Shown here one piece after another: positions 1-9,367 of a stretch of 64,000 bases of DNA; within the stretch, counting starts at the first letter, position 1, and each line of letters starts with the position of its first letter. The position numbers were made by a program, and so were the translations under genes. The stretch is from a virus: IMG/VR virus record IMGVR_UViG_3300006097_000019, positions 1-64,000 of that record. One strand, given 5' to 3'. Below the pieces are notes generated by a model. That model was not told where the DNA came from. It worked only from the letters and a program-made list of their open reading frames with translations, and did not search any database.

Positions 1-85
1 ATTAACAATAGTTAAAGGGAAAGGAAATAAAGAGAAGATATTTTCTCAAAAAATAAAAAGTATATCAATTGTATTTAAACAGACA

Positions 86-331
86 ATGAAAAGAACAACA
101 ATGGATATAGGAACTAAAAAAAGTAAGGATTGGGATGGAACAGAACATGAAATAGATATTGAAAGTCTTAGCTTGGAAGATGTAAGAAGAAGTAAAATTA
201 TATATTTATTAAGTAAAGAATATTATACTGTAGAAATGGTGAAACAAATGTTAGACAAAACTCAAAGTAATGATATTTTATGGATGAATAGATTGGCGAA
301 GATAATATATGGTAGTGGTAAAAGCATGTAG
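86..331 (+). CDS. hypothetical protein
   Basis: 81-aa ORF followed by a hairpin terminator; no motif recognised. Confidence 0.4.
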   Translation: MKRTTMDIGTKKSKDWDGTEHEIDIESLSLEDVRRSKIIYLLSKEYYTVEMVKQMLDKTQSNDILWMNRLAKIIYGSGKSM

Positions 332-357
332 AAGTAGAGCTACATGCTTATTTTTTT
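323..357 (+). terminator. Rho-independent terminator
   Basis: 9-bp stem agcatgtag (323-331) / ctacatgct (340-348) followed by a T-run. Confidence 0.7.
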
Positions 358-473
358 ATGTTTTTTTAATCTTTCGACAAATTATTACTCTTTCTCTCTT
401 GAAATTATTATATATGCTAATTATAATTGTAAATAATAAAATAATACTTTAACTTTAAGGGAGGAAAATTATT

Positions 474-704
474 ATGAAAAAATTAGATTTTAAAAACTCT
501 GAGGTGCAGAAAGTAATAAAAATTTTTATAGAAGAATTTCATCCATTAAAAACATTTAATATAATGAAGAGAATTTATAGTGGTCAAACGTGTAATTATT
601 GCAATATAAAGTTGAAAAACACTATTGATTTAATAATAAATTTACATAATAGAAGTGGACAAACTCTAGAACAATGTTTAGTAGAGTTGCAAATTGATTA
701 TTAG
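474..704 (+). CDS. hypothetical protein
   Basis: 76-aa ORF with gggagg SD upstream, followed by a terminator. Confidence 0.5.
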   Translation: MKKLDFKNSEVQKVIKIFIEEFHPLKTFNIMKRIYSGQTCNYCNIKLKNTIDLIINLHNRSGQTLEQCLVELQIDY

Positions 705-729
705 GTTGGGAAAAATCCTAACCTTTTTA
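703..729 (+). terminator. Rho-independent terminator
   Basis: Stem aggttggga (703-711) / tcctaacct (716-724, one G-U pair), 4-nt loop, then TTTTT. Confidence 0.65.
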
Positions 730-732
730 CTA

Positions 733-761
733 TTGACAATATAAAAATAATAGTATATAAT
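733..761 (+). promoter_or_regulatory. sigma70-type promoter
   Basis: TTGACA (733-738), 17-nt spacer, TATAAT (756-761), upstream of the 817 ORF. Confidence 0.65.
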
Positions 762-816
762 TAAAAATGTGATTGTTAAACAAAATATAATACTTGTTTA
801 GTTAGGAGTTATTATA

Positions 817-1344
817 ATGTTAGAAATTATGTTGTTATTTATGATGTTAAATAATCCATTTATAGAATTGCCAGTAGAAGAAGTATTTATTTATGATATT
901 CCTTTAAGTGAGGAATTACAAGAATTCACATGGGAACAAAGTCAGAAATATGATTTGAGTTATGAATTAGTATTAGCAGTAATGAAAGTAGAGAGTGATT
1001 TTAGAGAAGATGTGGTTAGTTATAATAATACTAGTGTTGGGATTTGTCAGATCAATGCACATAATACAGCAGATTGGTTAGCACAAAGAGTTGGATTAAA
1101 GGAGTATAATCTTAAAAATCCTAAGCACAGCATCAAAATGGCAACATGGTATTTAAAATGGTTAAGTGATTATTGGAGAAAACAAGGATTATCTGAGGAA
1201 TTAATATTTAATGCCACATTATTAAGTTATAATCGAGGTATTCAAGGAAGTATTAATTATATAACAGAGTATGGATATAGCCATAAATATGTAGAAAAAG
1301 TTTATAAATTTAAGAGTAGATTAGAGCAACAACAAATGCAATGA
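817..1344 (+). CDS. lytic transglycosylase (SLT domain)
   Basis: SLT signature LAVMKVESDF (catalytic E-S) followed by SVGICQINAHN (GLMQ-like). Confidence 0.7.
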   Translation: MLEIMLLFMMLNNPFIELPVEEVFIYDIPLSEELQEFTWEQSQKYDLSYELVLAVMKVESDFREDVVSYNNTSVGICQINAHNTADWLAQRVGLKEYNLKNPKHSIKMATWYLKWLSDYWRKQGLSEELIFNATLLSYNRGIQGSINYITEYGYSHKYVEKVYKFKSRLEQQQMQ

Positions 1345-1371
1345 AACTAAATTTTTATGGTAGTTGATTAA

Positions 1372-1590
1372 ATGTTTAGTTGGGCAAATAAAAAATTAAC
1401 TAAAAACTATAATGAAGTTCCTTTATTTTGGGTTGATTTTAATTTAAATAAGTATAAAAAATACGGTAATAGAAATTCTTGTATAGCAAGTTTACATCCA
1501 TCTTTAAGAGATGATAAATATATTAAAGAAAATCTTAATAATTTAATTGATTATATTAGAGATAATTACGATATGGAAAAATTATTATAA
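1372..1590 (+). CDS. hypothetical protein
   Basis: 72-aa ORF in the co-directional array. Confidence 0.45.
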   Translation: MFSWANKKLTKNYNEVPLFWVDFNLNKYKKYGNRNSCIASLHPSLRDDKYIKENLNNLIDYIRDNYDMEKLL

Positions 1591-1610
1591 AAAAAGGAGA
1601 GATTTAAAAA

Positions 1611-1952
1611 ATGATTAGAAATGCTAAAGAAGATTTGGAATATTTAGAGAAAGATTTAATTGTAACAAATAATAAGTTTGATATGAACACAATGTGTAAG
1701 TATTGGATTGCTGAAAGTGAGAAATTACAAAAACAAGTAAATACTATAAGTAAACTTTATAAAAACAATGCATGGGCATTAATGTATGCTTGCAATACTT
1801 TATCTGACGAAGTTAATTGCCCTGCTAAATTTTCATTATATGAATGCAGTGATTGTAATGAATGTGAGGACGAAGAATTTTCTTCTGACTGTTGGAGAGA
1901 TTATTTTAAAGAAGAAGTAGAAAAAGACATTAAAAGAGGTAATATAGGTTGA
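1611..1952 (+). CDS. hypothetical protein (Cys-rich C-terminus)
   Basis: 113-aa ORF with aaggag SD upstream; C-terminal CPAKFSLYECSDCNEC. Confidence 0.55.
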   Translation: MIRNAKEDLEYLEKDLIVTNNKFDMNTMCKYWIAESEKLQKQVNTISKLYKNNAWALMYACNTLSDEVNCPAKFSLYECSDCNECEDEEFSSDCWRDYFKEEVEKDIKRGNIG

Positions 1953-1991
1953 TAAAATCAGGTTTTGATTCTATTCAGAAAGGAGTAAAAA

Positions 1992-2471
1992 ATGGAAATT
2001 AAATTAAATGATGTTTATAGATTTAGATATAATGAAGAATTGATAAAAAATAAATTTGAACCTTACTGGTGTTTTGATGGACAATTGGTAGTAAAACAAA
2101 GCAATAATGGAGAATTATATTTAGAAGATACTTATTGGTGTAGCGGAAATAATAAAATATTTACACTAAATGAAGCACTACAAAAGGGCACACTAGAATT
2201 TATTTGCAATCTAGATGATGTAGAAGAGTGTTTTATTTGGGATTTAGATTATTACGCAGATGAAGATTTATTTAATTTATCGTATCAACACAATTATTAT
2301 AAAAAATATTATAAAAGAAAAGGGGCTAAAAAATCAGTTAAGAAAATGAAAGCAATTTTAGAAGAAAAAATAAAACACACAGAACAAATGATTGAATGGA
2401 AAAAAAATCAATTAAAAAACTTAAAAGATGAATTAGAAAAATTAAATACAGAAAATATAAATATTTACTAG
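1992..2471 (+). CDS. hypothetical protein
   Basis: 159-aa ORF with aaggag SD; C-terminal coiled-coil-like K/E-rich tail. Confidence 0.55.
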   Translation: MEIKLNDVYRFRYNEELIKNKFEPYWCFDGQLVVKQSNNGELYLEDTYWCSGNNKIFTLNEALQKGTLEFICNLDDVEECFIWDLDYYADEDLFNLSYQHNYYKKYYKRKGAKKSVKKMKAILEEKIKHTEQMIEWKKNQLKNLKDELEKLNTENINIY

Positions 2472-2480
2472 GAGGTTGAG

Positions 2481-2747
2481 ATGAGTTTACCAGAAAATCC
2501 ATTTGAAAGTTTACATAATGTTATAGTTTTTGACAGCAGAGATTGGAGTAAAAACAAAAAAGATGCATGGTTATATGGAATTATTGTTGGTTGGATAGAT
2601 GAAGAAGATGATGAAGATTTAGGAGAAGAAATATTTAGAGAACTTTCTATTAAACACGGTTGGGATAAAGAAACATGGGGAAGATTACAGAGATTAAGGG
2701 TAGAGTTCATTAAGGCGAAAATTTACTATGAAAGTAAAACAAGATGA
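2481..2747 (+). CDS. hypothetical protein
   Basis: 88-aa ORF with aggagg SD upstream. Confidence 0.55.
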   Translation: MSLPENPFESLHNVIVFDSRDWSKNKKDAWLYGIIVGWIDEEDDEDLGEEIFRELSIKHGWDKETWGRLQRLRVEFIKAKIYYESKTR

Positions 2748-2778
2748 AATTAGACTTTTACGGTGAAAGGAGTAAAAT

Positions 2779-3474
2779 ATGAACATTTTAAAAATAAATT
2801 GGCGTGAAGATTTAATTAGTTTATTTCCAGACGTAACAGAAAGAGTTAAAAGAGACAATGATGAGTGGTGTCCAGTCTGCAAAGGGATAGGTTTAAAAAG
2901 AGAAAATAACTACATTGTTGGCTGTACTAATTGTTATGGTAAAGGAATTATTGAGGCGTGTGAGTGTGGTAACAAAATAGATAGAAGGGGTTATACCACA
3001 TGTAAAGATTGTAGAGATAAGAAAGAACAAGAAAGAATAAAAGAAAGATTTGAAAAGGCTAAGAAGATTAAATATGAAGATTATGATGGAAAATTTCTAT
3101 GGAGTGATAGAGTAGTTGATAAAGAAGAATTAGAAGATGAATTATATACTCAATTATATGATGGCGAAGATGTACCTGGTTATATTTATGCTACAAAAAT
3201 TATAAAAGTTTTTTCTCATATTAATTTAACAGAAATTATTTATGATAAATGCGAAGATGGTTATGAGGATATGTATTCATATTTTAATTATAATGATGAA
3301 GATTTAGATAAAGCACAAGATTATTTAAATAAATGGATTAAGAAACATGAAAATGTTTTAGATTGTTATTATGAAGATTTTAGTACAATTGTTTTATTAG
3401 ATGATGTTATAAAAAAATTAAAAGAAGAATTAAAAAGCCAATTAATAAAAGAGAAAAGATTGTTACAAAATTAA
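2779..3474 (+). CDS. hypothetical protein with DnaJ-type zinc-finger repeats
   Basis: CPVCKGIG and CTNCYGKG (CxxCxGxG repeats) near the N-terminus. Confidence 0.55.
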   Translation: MNILKINWREDLISLFPDVTERVKRDNDEWCPVCKGIGLKRENNYIVGCTNCYGKGIIEACECGNKIDRRGYTTCKDCRDKKEQERIKERFEKAKKIKYEDYDGKFLWSDRVVDKEELEDELYTQLYDGEDVPGYIYATKIIKVFSHINLTEIIYDKCEDGYEDMYSYFNYNDEDLDKAQDYLNKWIKKHENVLDCYYEDFSTIVLLDDVIKKLKEELKSQLIKEKRLLQN

Positions 3475-3531
3475 TAAAATGGAGTATTTATTAAAAAAGA
3501 AACATGATAAAAATAAGAAGAAGGTGGTATT

Positions 3532-3810
3532 TTGCTATCAAAAGAAAATTATAAAAGACTACAGAAAATATGCAAAGAGATAAATGAGATAATGCTAGAA
3601 AGTGAATTAAATGAAGTTACAATACAAACACAATACAAAGATTGGCATTATAATGAAAATAAAGGTACTATATGGACTAGAAAATATCATGATGGTGGTA
3701 GCAAAACTATATCTAATCAAATATTTAATAGCGGAACAATTATATTTAGTATAGATAAAAAAGAATATCTTCCAGAATATAAATGGAATTATGAAGAATT
3801 TATAAAATAA
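3532..3810 (+). CDS. hypothetical protein
   Basis: 92-aa ORF with TTG start after aaggtgg SD. Confidence 0.45.
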   Translation: MLSKENYKRLQKICKEINEIMLESELNEVTIQTQYKDWHYNENKGTIWTRKYHDGGSKTISNQIFNSGTIIFSIDKKEYLPEYKWNYEEFIK

Positions 3811-3859
3811 AAAGTTTGGTAATAAAAGTTGATTTTTATCTTAGAAAGGATGATGTTAA

Positions 3860-4096
3860 ATGGATGTGTTTGAGGTAGTAAAAGAAGTAAAAGAATTATT
3901 AAATAAATTTCCTAATTTTAACAAAGAAGAAATGAAAAAATTAAGATTATTAACTAGAAATTTAAGTTGCGATTTATTTCCTTTCCCTATAGATAATTTT
4001 TTATATGATATGGAAATACAAGAAAAATATGAAAATATATATAATGAAGAATTACCTGGAGATGAAATTATAGAATTTTTAAATAATAAAAAGTAA
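3860..4096 (+). CDS. hypothetical protein
   Basis: 78-aa ORF in the array. Confidence 0.45.
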   Translation: MDVFEVVKEVKELLNKFPNFNKEEMKKLRLLTRNLSCDLFPFPIDNFLYDMEIQEKYENIYNEELPGDEIIEFLNNKK

Positions 4097-4111
4097 TCAT
4101 GAGGTGATGAT

Positions 4112-4219
4112 ATGTTTTGGTTTTTCGGATGGTTTTTATTAATGTTAACATTAAATGAAATTTATAAAGAGTTAAGAGAGATAAGAAAAAAAAACTATAA
4201 AAGCAATGCTTTATTATAG
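4112..4219 (+). CDS. small membrane peptide (35 aa)
   Basis: MFWFFGWFLLMLTL hydrophobic N-terminus with gaggtg SD; below the ORF-track size cutoff. Confidence 0.3.
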   Translation: MFWFFGWFLLMLTLNEIYKELREIRKKNYKSNALL

Positions 4220-4234
4220 TTTTAAGGATGAATT

Positions 4235-4441
4235 ATGAAGTATAAAACTAGAGAAATTAAACATTGGGATAATAATAGTGTTTATGTTTATGATTATTTT
4301 ACTGGTCATGAAATAATTATAAAAGGAAGAATTGTTACTGAAATAGTAAATGAAATGAATAAAGAAGGGTTTTATGTTAGTGCTGTATATGAACCAAATA
4401 GCATTAAAGGTATTTGGATAATGACTAAGCAGGTAGAATAA
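4235..4441 (+). CDS. hypothetical protein
   Basis: 68-aa ORF in the array. Confidence 0.45.
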   Translation: MKYKTREIKHWDNNSVYVYDYFTGHEIIIKGRIVTEIVNEMNKEGFYVSAVYEPNSIKGIWIMTKQVE

Positions 4442-4474
4442 AAGAAGTGTTTTATAAAAAGGAAGTGATTATAA

Positions 4475-4720
4475 ATGAATAAACAATTGATGAGCAAATA
4501 TTTAAAACTAAAAGAAGAATTGAAAAAAGTTCGTAATGAAATTATAGAAGAATTAAAAAATAAAGAAGTTGTTATTTATGGAGAATATTGGCAAGGTGTT
4601 CCTATATTTGATTGTGAAATAAAAATAAATGATTATTCTGATATGTTTGAATTAGGTACTAATAATGGTTGTGCTGGTGTTTATCGATTAGAAGAAATTA
4701 TAATAACAAAAGATAGATAA
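4475..4720 (+). CDS. hypothetical protein
   Basis: 81-aa ORF with aaggaag SD. Confidence 0.45.
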   Translation: MNKQLMSKYLKLKEELKKVRNEIIEELKNKEVVIYGEYWQGVPIFDCEIKINDYSDMFELGTNNGCAGVYRLEEIIITKDR

Positions 4721-4750
4721 ATTCATAGTTTTATGTTAGGAGTTAGATAT

Positions 4751-4894
4751 ATGAATAGTAAAAAGTTTTGTAGCCTGTTGGGTTTAGAATGTCCGTATAG
4801 TTTAGACACGCAGATTGTTTTCAGTTATTGTATTAACTGTAATTTTAAATATCTATCAGAAGCATATAAAGAATTAAATTTTTATTACTACTAA
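4751..4894 (+). CDS. small Cys-containing protein (47 aa)
   Basis: ATG after aggag SD; read by eye, below the track cutoff. Confidence 0.3.
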   Translation: MNSKKFCSLLGLECPYSLDTQIVFSYCINCNFKYLSEAYKELNFYYY

Positions 4895-4956
4895 GATAAA
4901 ATTGGTATTTTAAAAGAGTTTAATATGTTTAGTAAAATAAAAGATAGGAGGTAATT

Positions 4957-5166
4957 ATGAATAAAAAAGAAGCTGTGGGTATACTTAATAAATTTAGGCA
5001 TAGAGGAACAGATTGGATGATAGAATGGGATGGTGAAGTTTTAGGTGTAGTTGCTGGTCATCCTGAAACAGTAAATCATCATTATTTAAATGAATTTGAA
5101 GCAATAGCAATTGCAGAAAAATATTTAAGAGACAAAAAGCACCATCAAATGAAAGTTTTATTCTGA
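4957..5166 (+). CDS. hypothetical protein
   Basis: 69-aa ORF with aggagg SD. Confidence 0.5.
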   Translation: MNKKEAVGILNKFRHRGTDWMIEWDGEVLGVVAGHPETVNHHYLNEFEAIAIAEKYLRDKKHHQMKVLF

Positions 5167-5171
5167 AAGGA

Positions 5172-5405
5172 GTGATTATTTTGAAATGTCCTCCAGGTTG
5201 GGGAATCGATTGTGTATGTGGTAACTGTTCTACTTGTTGGAATAAATATAATCATGAAGATGAAAAAATAGAAGTATTATTTATTATTGAATATGCATTA
5301 AATTATCTTAGACAAGATAGTGATAGCGATAAATTTTGTGTACCAAATGGTTCAATGTGGACTTATGAGGAAGTTAAAAACTACATAAATAAATATTTGA
5401 CATAA
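5172..5405 (+). CDS. hypothetical Cys-rich protein
   Basis: 77-aa ORF; N-terminal CPPGWGIDCVCGNCSTC. Confidence 0.45.
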   Translation: MIILKCPPGWGIDCVCGNCSTCWNKYNHEDEKIEVLFIIEYALNYLRQDSDSDKFCVPNGSMWTYEEVKNYINKYLT

Positions 5406-5410
5406 ACTGA

Positions 5411-5430
5411 TAAACATATTATAATACTTA
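5411..5430 (+). promoter_or_regulatory. copy of the recurrent intergenic motif (putative phage promoter)
   Basis: taaacatattataatactta directly upstream of the SD and GTG of the 5437 ORF. Confidence 0.45.
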
Positions 5431-5436
5431 TGAGAG

Positions 5437-5961
5437 GTGATTGATATAAATAAAATATTAATAAATGGTAGAAGTTTAGCAGGTAAAGATACGATTGCTG
5501 ATTACTTAGTTGAAAAATATGGGTTTACTAAAATATCTTTTGCAACTCCAATATACGAATTGGCAGAAAGATTTTTTGGAATGAAAATTAAAAATAGGTT
5601 TATTTTACAACAAATAGGTCAGAAGTTTAGAGAAATAGACCCTGATGTTTGGGTAAAATATGCTTTTAAAGAAGCTGAAAAATATGAAAAAGTAGTTCTG
5701 GTAGATGTAAGGCAAGCGAATGAATATATATATGGTGTTAACAATGGCTTTATTCCATTAAGAGTTAGTGCTGATTTTGATTTAAGGGTGCAAAGAGCAA
5801 TAGAACGTGATGGTGGTTATCCAGACACTTCTTTATGGGAAAATGATAGTGAAACAGGTGCAGATAATTTTAAATATATTGAATTAGATAACAATGGCAA
5901 AAAAGAAGATATGTATAAAATATTAGATCAAATTGTTAAAGCTGAATTTATGGCTTTTTAG
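5437..5961 (+). CDS. P-loop kinase, dNMP-kinase-like
   Basis: N-terminal P-loop INGRSLAGKDTIADYL, similar to phage deoxynucleotide monophosphate kinases (GxxxSGKDT); GTG start. Confidence 0.5.
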   Translation: MIDINKILINGRSLAGKDTIADYLVEKYGFTKISFATPIYELAERFFGMKIKNRFILQQIGQKFREIDPDVWVKYAFKEAEKYEKVVLVDVRQANEYIYGVNNGFIPLRVSADFDLRVQRAIERDGGYPDTSLWENDSETGADNFKYIELDNNGKKEDMYKILDQIVKAEFMAF

Positions 5962-5982
5962 TTAATATAAAAATAATACTTG
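5962..5982 (+). promoter_or_regulatory. recurrent intergenic motif (putative phage promoter)
   Basis: ttaatataaaaataatacttg, full-length copy. Confidence 0.5.
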
Positions 5983-6066
5983 ATATAAAGTGGTGATGTT
6001 TAAATTTTATCTTTATTTTTATTAAAATTAATAGATAATATATTATCAACATTTAAAACAATATTT

Positions 6067-6480
6067 ATGATTAAAAATAAATATATATTTTCGGCATTAT
6101 TTAATGCTTTTGCACAGTTTTTTTATTTTATATTAATTATAAAAATTACTCAAACAAATAGTATTTCTGCAATTTTAGTAGTTTGTTTAGCAGTATTCTT
6201 AGGAAATTTAATACCTCAATATTTAGTTAATAAATTAGAAAAAGATAAAATTTGGATATACGAAATAACTCCCAATAATAGTAAACAAGCTAAAAAATTA
6301 GCTGATAAATTAAGGCAACAAAACTTAGCAGTTATGACATTTAAAAGCTATTTAGATGCCAATAATAAGACTTTAAATGTGAGAGTTTATAGTAAATCTA
6401 AAGCAGAAAGTAAATTAATACAAGATTTAATACCAAATAATTATACATATTGTGTAAATGAAGTTAGGGACATAAGTTAA
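6067..6480 (+). CDS. membrane protein
   Basis: 137-aa ORF with two N-terminal hydrophobic segments (FSALFNAFAQFFYFILII, ILVVCLAVFLGNLI). Confidence 0.5.
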   Translation: MIKNKYIFSALFNAFAQFFYFILIIKITQTNSISAILVVCLAVFLGNLIPQYLVNKLEKDKIWIYEITPNNSKQAKKLADKLRQQNLAVMTFKSYLDANNKTLNVRVYSKSKAESKLIQDLIPNNYTYCVNEVRDIS

Positions 6481-6497
6481 GAAGGAGAGATAATTTA

Positions 6498-6875
6498 ATG
6501 AAGAAGGTTGAAAGAATTGGTGTAACTGAAATCTTAGGAAAAGAAATTGAATTTTATGGTAGTTGGGAAGAGCCTTTATTTGTTGCTAATGAAGTTGCTA
6601 AATAGCTAGAGGAAAGAGATGGTGTAACTGTAGGAAGAAAAGTTGATAATGATGAAAAGCTGATACACACAATCTGTGTATCAGGTCAAAACAGAGAAAC
6701 TACAATGTTTACTGAAGATGGACTGTATGAAGCACTAATGAAATCAAGAAAAGAAATAGCTAAGCCATTGAAAAAGAAAATTAAACAATACTTAAAACAA
6801 ATTAGAAAAACTGGTGGCGTAGTAGATGAATTAGAGAAGAATGGATATTCTGCATGGGAATTAAAATTATTATAA
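6498..6875 (+). pseudogene. Bro-N / antirepressor-like protein interrupted by an in-frame TAG
   Basis: ATG 6498 after aaggag SD. The reading frame stays open to TAA at 6873-6875 except for TAG at 6603-6605. Sequence PLFVANEVAK*LEE...TEDGLYEALMKSRKEIAKPLKKKIKQYLKQIRKTGG resembles the Bro-N family. Confidence 0.5.
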
Positions 6876-6911
6876 AAAGTGCCTTTTATGGCGATAAGAA
6901 AGGATGATTAA

Positions 6912-7745
6912 ATGAAGAATATTTTAGTAACTCATACTGATTTAGATGGAATTGGATGTGAAATTTTATTTAGAAAATATTTTCAAAATAAGGATTTGCA
7001 GGTTTATAACTGTGATTATAACAATGTTAATGAAACTATTTTAAATATCCTTGAAAACGAAGAAGATTTTTATTTATATATTACAGATTTATCAGTTAAT
7101 GAGTTAGTGGCTGAAAAATTAGACAGGTTGGGTAATGTTTTATTATTAGACCATCATCCTACTGCATTGTGGTTAACAGACAAATATCATTGGGCAATTG
7201 TTGATACTAGTATTTGTGGAACTAAATTATTTTATAACTACTTGAATACTGAAAGTAGATTAAGTATGTACAATAATTTTGTAACCTATGTAGATGATTA
7301 TGATAGATGGGTGCATAATTATGGAATATCTAAGAAGCTAAATAGATTATTATACTTAATAGGAAAAGAAAAATTTGTTGAAAGATTTTTAAAAGATGAA
7401 GATAGTTATTTAACACCTACAGAACAAACCTTGTTAAAAGTAGAAGAAGCAAGGATGGAAAGATACTTGGAGAAATCAAAAAAGAAAATATATTGGTCTG
7501 GTAAAAGTATTATAATTTTTGCTGAACAATATCATAGTGAGTTGGGACATTATTTATTAAATAAGTTTGGTGCTAATATTGTTTTCATTGTTAATCCAAG
7601 GGATATGAAGGTATCTTTAAGAAGTAGAAAAGATGTTGATTGTTCTGTTATTGCTAGAAGTTATGGTGGTGGAGGTCATCCACAGGCTAGTGGTTTTCAA
7701 TTGACAGATGATAATATTCAAGTAATATTTGATGAAATATTTTAA
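6912..7745 (+). CDS. DHH-family phosphoesterase (NrnA/RecJ-like)
   Basis: Motifs THTDLDGIGC, LLLDHHPT (DHH) and GGGGHPQASGF (DHHA1 GGGH). Confidence 0.75.
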   Translation: MKNILVTHTDLDGIGCEILFRKYFQNKDLQVYNCDYNNVNETILNILENEEDFYLYITDLSVNELVAEKLDRLGNVLLLDHHPTALWLTDKYHWAIVDTSICGTKLFYNYLNTESRLSMYNNFVTYVDDYDRWVHNYGISKKLNRLLYLIGKEKFVERFLKDEDSYLTPTEQTLLKVEEARMERYLEKSKKKIYWSGKSIIIFAEQYHSELGHYLLNKFGANIVFIVNPRDMKVSLRSRKDVDCSVIARSYGGGGHPQASGFQLTDDNIQVIFDEIF

Positions 7746-7779
7746 CTTAAAATGTGATTTTATTTAAGCAGGTGAAATT

Positions 7780-7962
7780 ATGCTTTTAAATATATTAAGT
7801 GGAGTTTTGTTATATATAATCACAGGTTCATTATATTGTTTATTACCAAATGTTTTTAGTCCTTATTCTACTGATGAAGATAAAAATGCTCACATGATGA
7901 TAATTTTTACAATTTGGTTATGTGAACTTTGGATTATAACTTACTTTAATTTATGGAGATGA
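7780..7962 (+). CDS. small membrane protein
   Basis: 60 aa with two hydrophobic helices. Confidence 0.45.
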   Translation: MLLNILSGVLLYIITGSLYCLLPNVFSPYSTDEDKNAHMMIIFTIWLCELWIITYFNLWR

Positions 7963-8056
7963 TTATATGACTGATTGAATGTCAAGATGAAATTATACCA
8001 AGTTTTCTAACAGATCAATTAAAAAAAGAAGTGTTAAGATAGGGGAAAATTTAAAA

Positions 8057-8314
8057 TTGAAAAAGTTAATTATTTTATGTTTAGTTTTAGGTTTATTACT
8101 TACAGGTTGTAATTTTACTGCAAAACACTTTGGAGGAACTATAAATATTGATTTACCAGAAGGTAAAAAGTTAGTTACTGCAACATGGAAAGATAATAAT
8201 TTATGGTTATTAACAAGAGATATGAATGAAAATGACATTGCTGAAACTTATTTATTTAAAGAAGGTAGTAATTTTGGAGTGCTAGAAGGCAAAGTAGTTA
8301 TTAAAGAGGTGTAG
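8057..8314 (+). CDS. lipoprotein
   Basis: Signal peptide MKKLIILCLVLGLLLTGC with lipobox LTGC. Confidence 0.7.
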   Translation: MKKLIILCLVLGLLLTGCNFTAKHFGGTINIDLPEGKKLVTATWKDNNLWLLTRDMNENDIAETYLFKEGSNFGVLEGKVVIKEV

Positions 8315-8317
8315 TAG

Positions 8318-8455
8318 ATGAATAACATTACTGCTAAAGCAATAATAGGGGTTGCTGGTTGTGTTGCTGTTGGTGTAGCAACTTATGTAACTAAAAGTGC
8401 TTATTGTTTATGGGGTTTGTTGTTAGTGGTAGGAATGATTGAGCAAGTAGATTAA
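8318..8455 (+). CDS. small membrane peptide (45 aa)
   Basis: ATG 8318 right after the previous stop; AIIGVAGCVAVGVATYV and LWGLLLVVGMI hydrophobic segments. Confidence 0.35.
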   Translation: MNNITAKAIIGVAGCVAVGVATYVTKSAYCLWGLLLVVGMIEQVD

Positions 8456-8477
8456 AATGTAATAAATTCAAGAATTT

Positions 8478-8747
8478 ATGAAAGAAAGGAGAGATAGAAT
8501 GGATTATAATGAAATAATTTCTATTGTTGAAGATTTAAATGAGAATTTAAACGATGTTTTTTATTCTAATGGATTAGGCTTTGATTTTAAAACTAATGGT
8601 TATTCTAATATAATTTCTTTTTGTGGTTACTGTATTTATAGTGATGATTACATTTCAACAGATGAAGTTGAAGAAGCTGGTGGACTTAAACAGTTTCTTA
8701 TTCAAGAGAAAGATAAATATATTGATATGTTAGTACAAGTGCGATAA
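8478..8747 (+). CDS. hypothetical protein
   Basis: 89-aa ORF. Confidence 0.45.
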   Translation: MKERRDRMDYNEIISIVEDLNENLNDVFYSNGLGFDFKTNGYSNIISFCGYCIYSDDYISTDEVEEAGGLKQFLIQEKDKYIDMLVQVR

Positions 8748-8774
8748 GTCAAGAAATTCTGAAAGGAGTAAGTT

Positions 8775-9047
8775 ATGAGATGTTATGGTGATTTTAAAGA
8801 TGATAGAATTTGTGACTTATGTAAAGGTAGCGATATTCTTAGATATAATAATTGCATCAATAAAGTAAAAGAAGTAAGAGAATTATATAATAAACTACAA
8901 GATATTAAAGAAAAATGTAAATATAAAACAAACTGTTGGGATGAGTATACTCCTTTTGATGGTTGTAATAAAGATGGCAAGGGTTACGGGAGATTTGCTG
9001 ATGATTGTAAACCTAGTTTAAATTGTAAACAATATTATAAAAAATAA
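8775..9047 (+). CDS. hypothetical Cys-rich protein
   Basis: 90-aa ORF with aaggag SD and multiple Cys residues. Confidence 0.5.
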   Translation: MRCYGDFKDDRICDLCKGSDILRYNNCINKVKEVRELYNKLQDIKEKCKYKTNCWDEYTPFDGCNKDGKGYGRFADDCKPSLNCKQYYKK

Positions 9048-9073
9048 AATATTAGATTTATGGAGGAAATATT

Positions 9074-9334
9074 ATGCAAGTATTTAAACATGAAGGTCAT
9101 AATGCCTATCAATTAATTACAAATAAAGTAGTTATAATAAAAAATAAAGATAGAAACAAAGTTAAGTTTTGGTTTGGTGGATTAAGATTTGCTAATTTTA
9201 AATTTAGTATTAGACCACATAAACAGTGGCAATATTTTCATTGGTTAATTAGAACTCCTGTTTTTTATTGGGAAAGACATAATTGTGGTTTTAAAATAGG
9301 ACTACCAAATTTGTATTTATGGGTAATAAAATAA
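9074..9334 (+). CDS. hypothetical protein
   Basis: 86-aa ORF with ggagg SD. Confidence 0.45.
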   Translation: MQVFKHEGHNAYQLITNKVVIIKNKDRNKVKFWFGGLRFANFKFSIRPHKQWQYFHWLIRTPVFYWERHNCGFKIGLPNLYLWVIK

Positions 9335-9367
9335 TATTTCTATGGTGATTTAGAAAGGAGAGATTAA

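Noticed and set aside
2468-2882. Minus-strand ORFs 2468-2710 and 2694-2882
   Set aside because: They are antisense to well-formed plus-strand ORFs with SD sites. Their Ser/Leu-rich low-complexity translations are typical of the reverse strand of K/E-rich AT-rich genes.
7993-8980. Minus-strand ORFs 7993-8238 and 8783-8980
   Set aside because: They are antisense to the lipoprotein gene and a Cys-rich plus-strand ORF. They have no SD and show shadow-frame composition.
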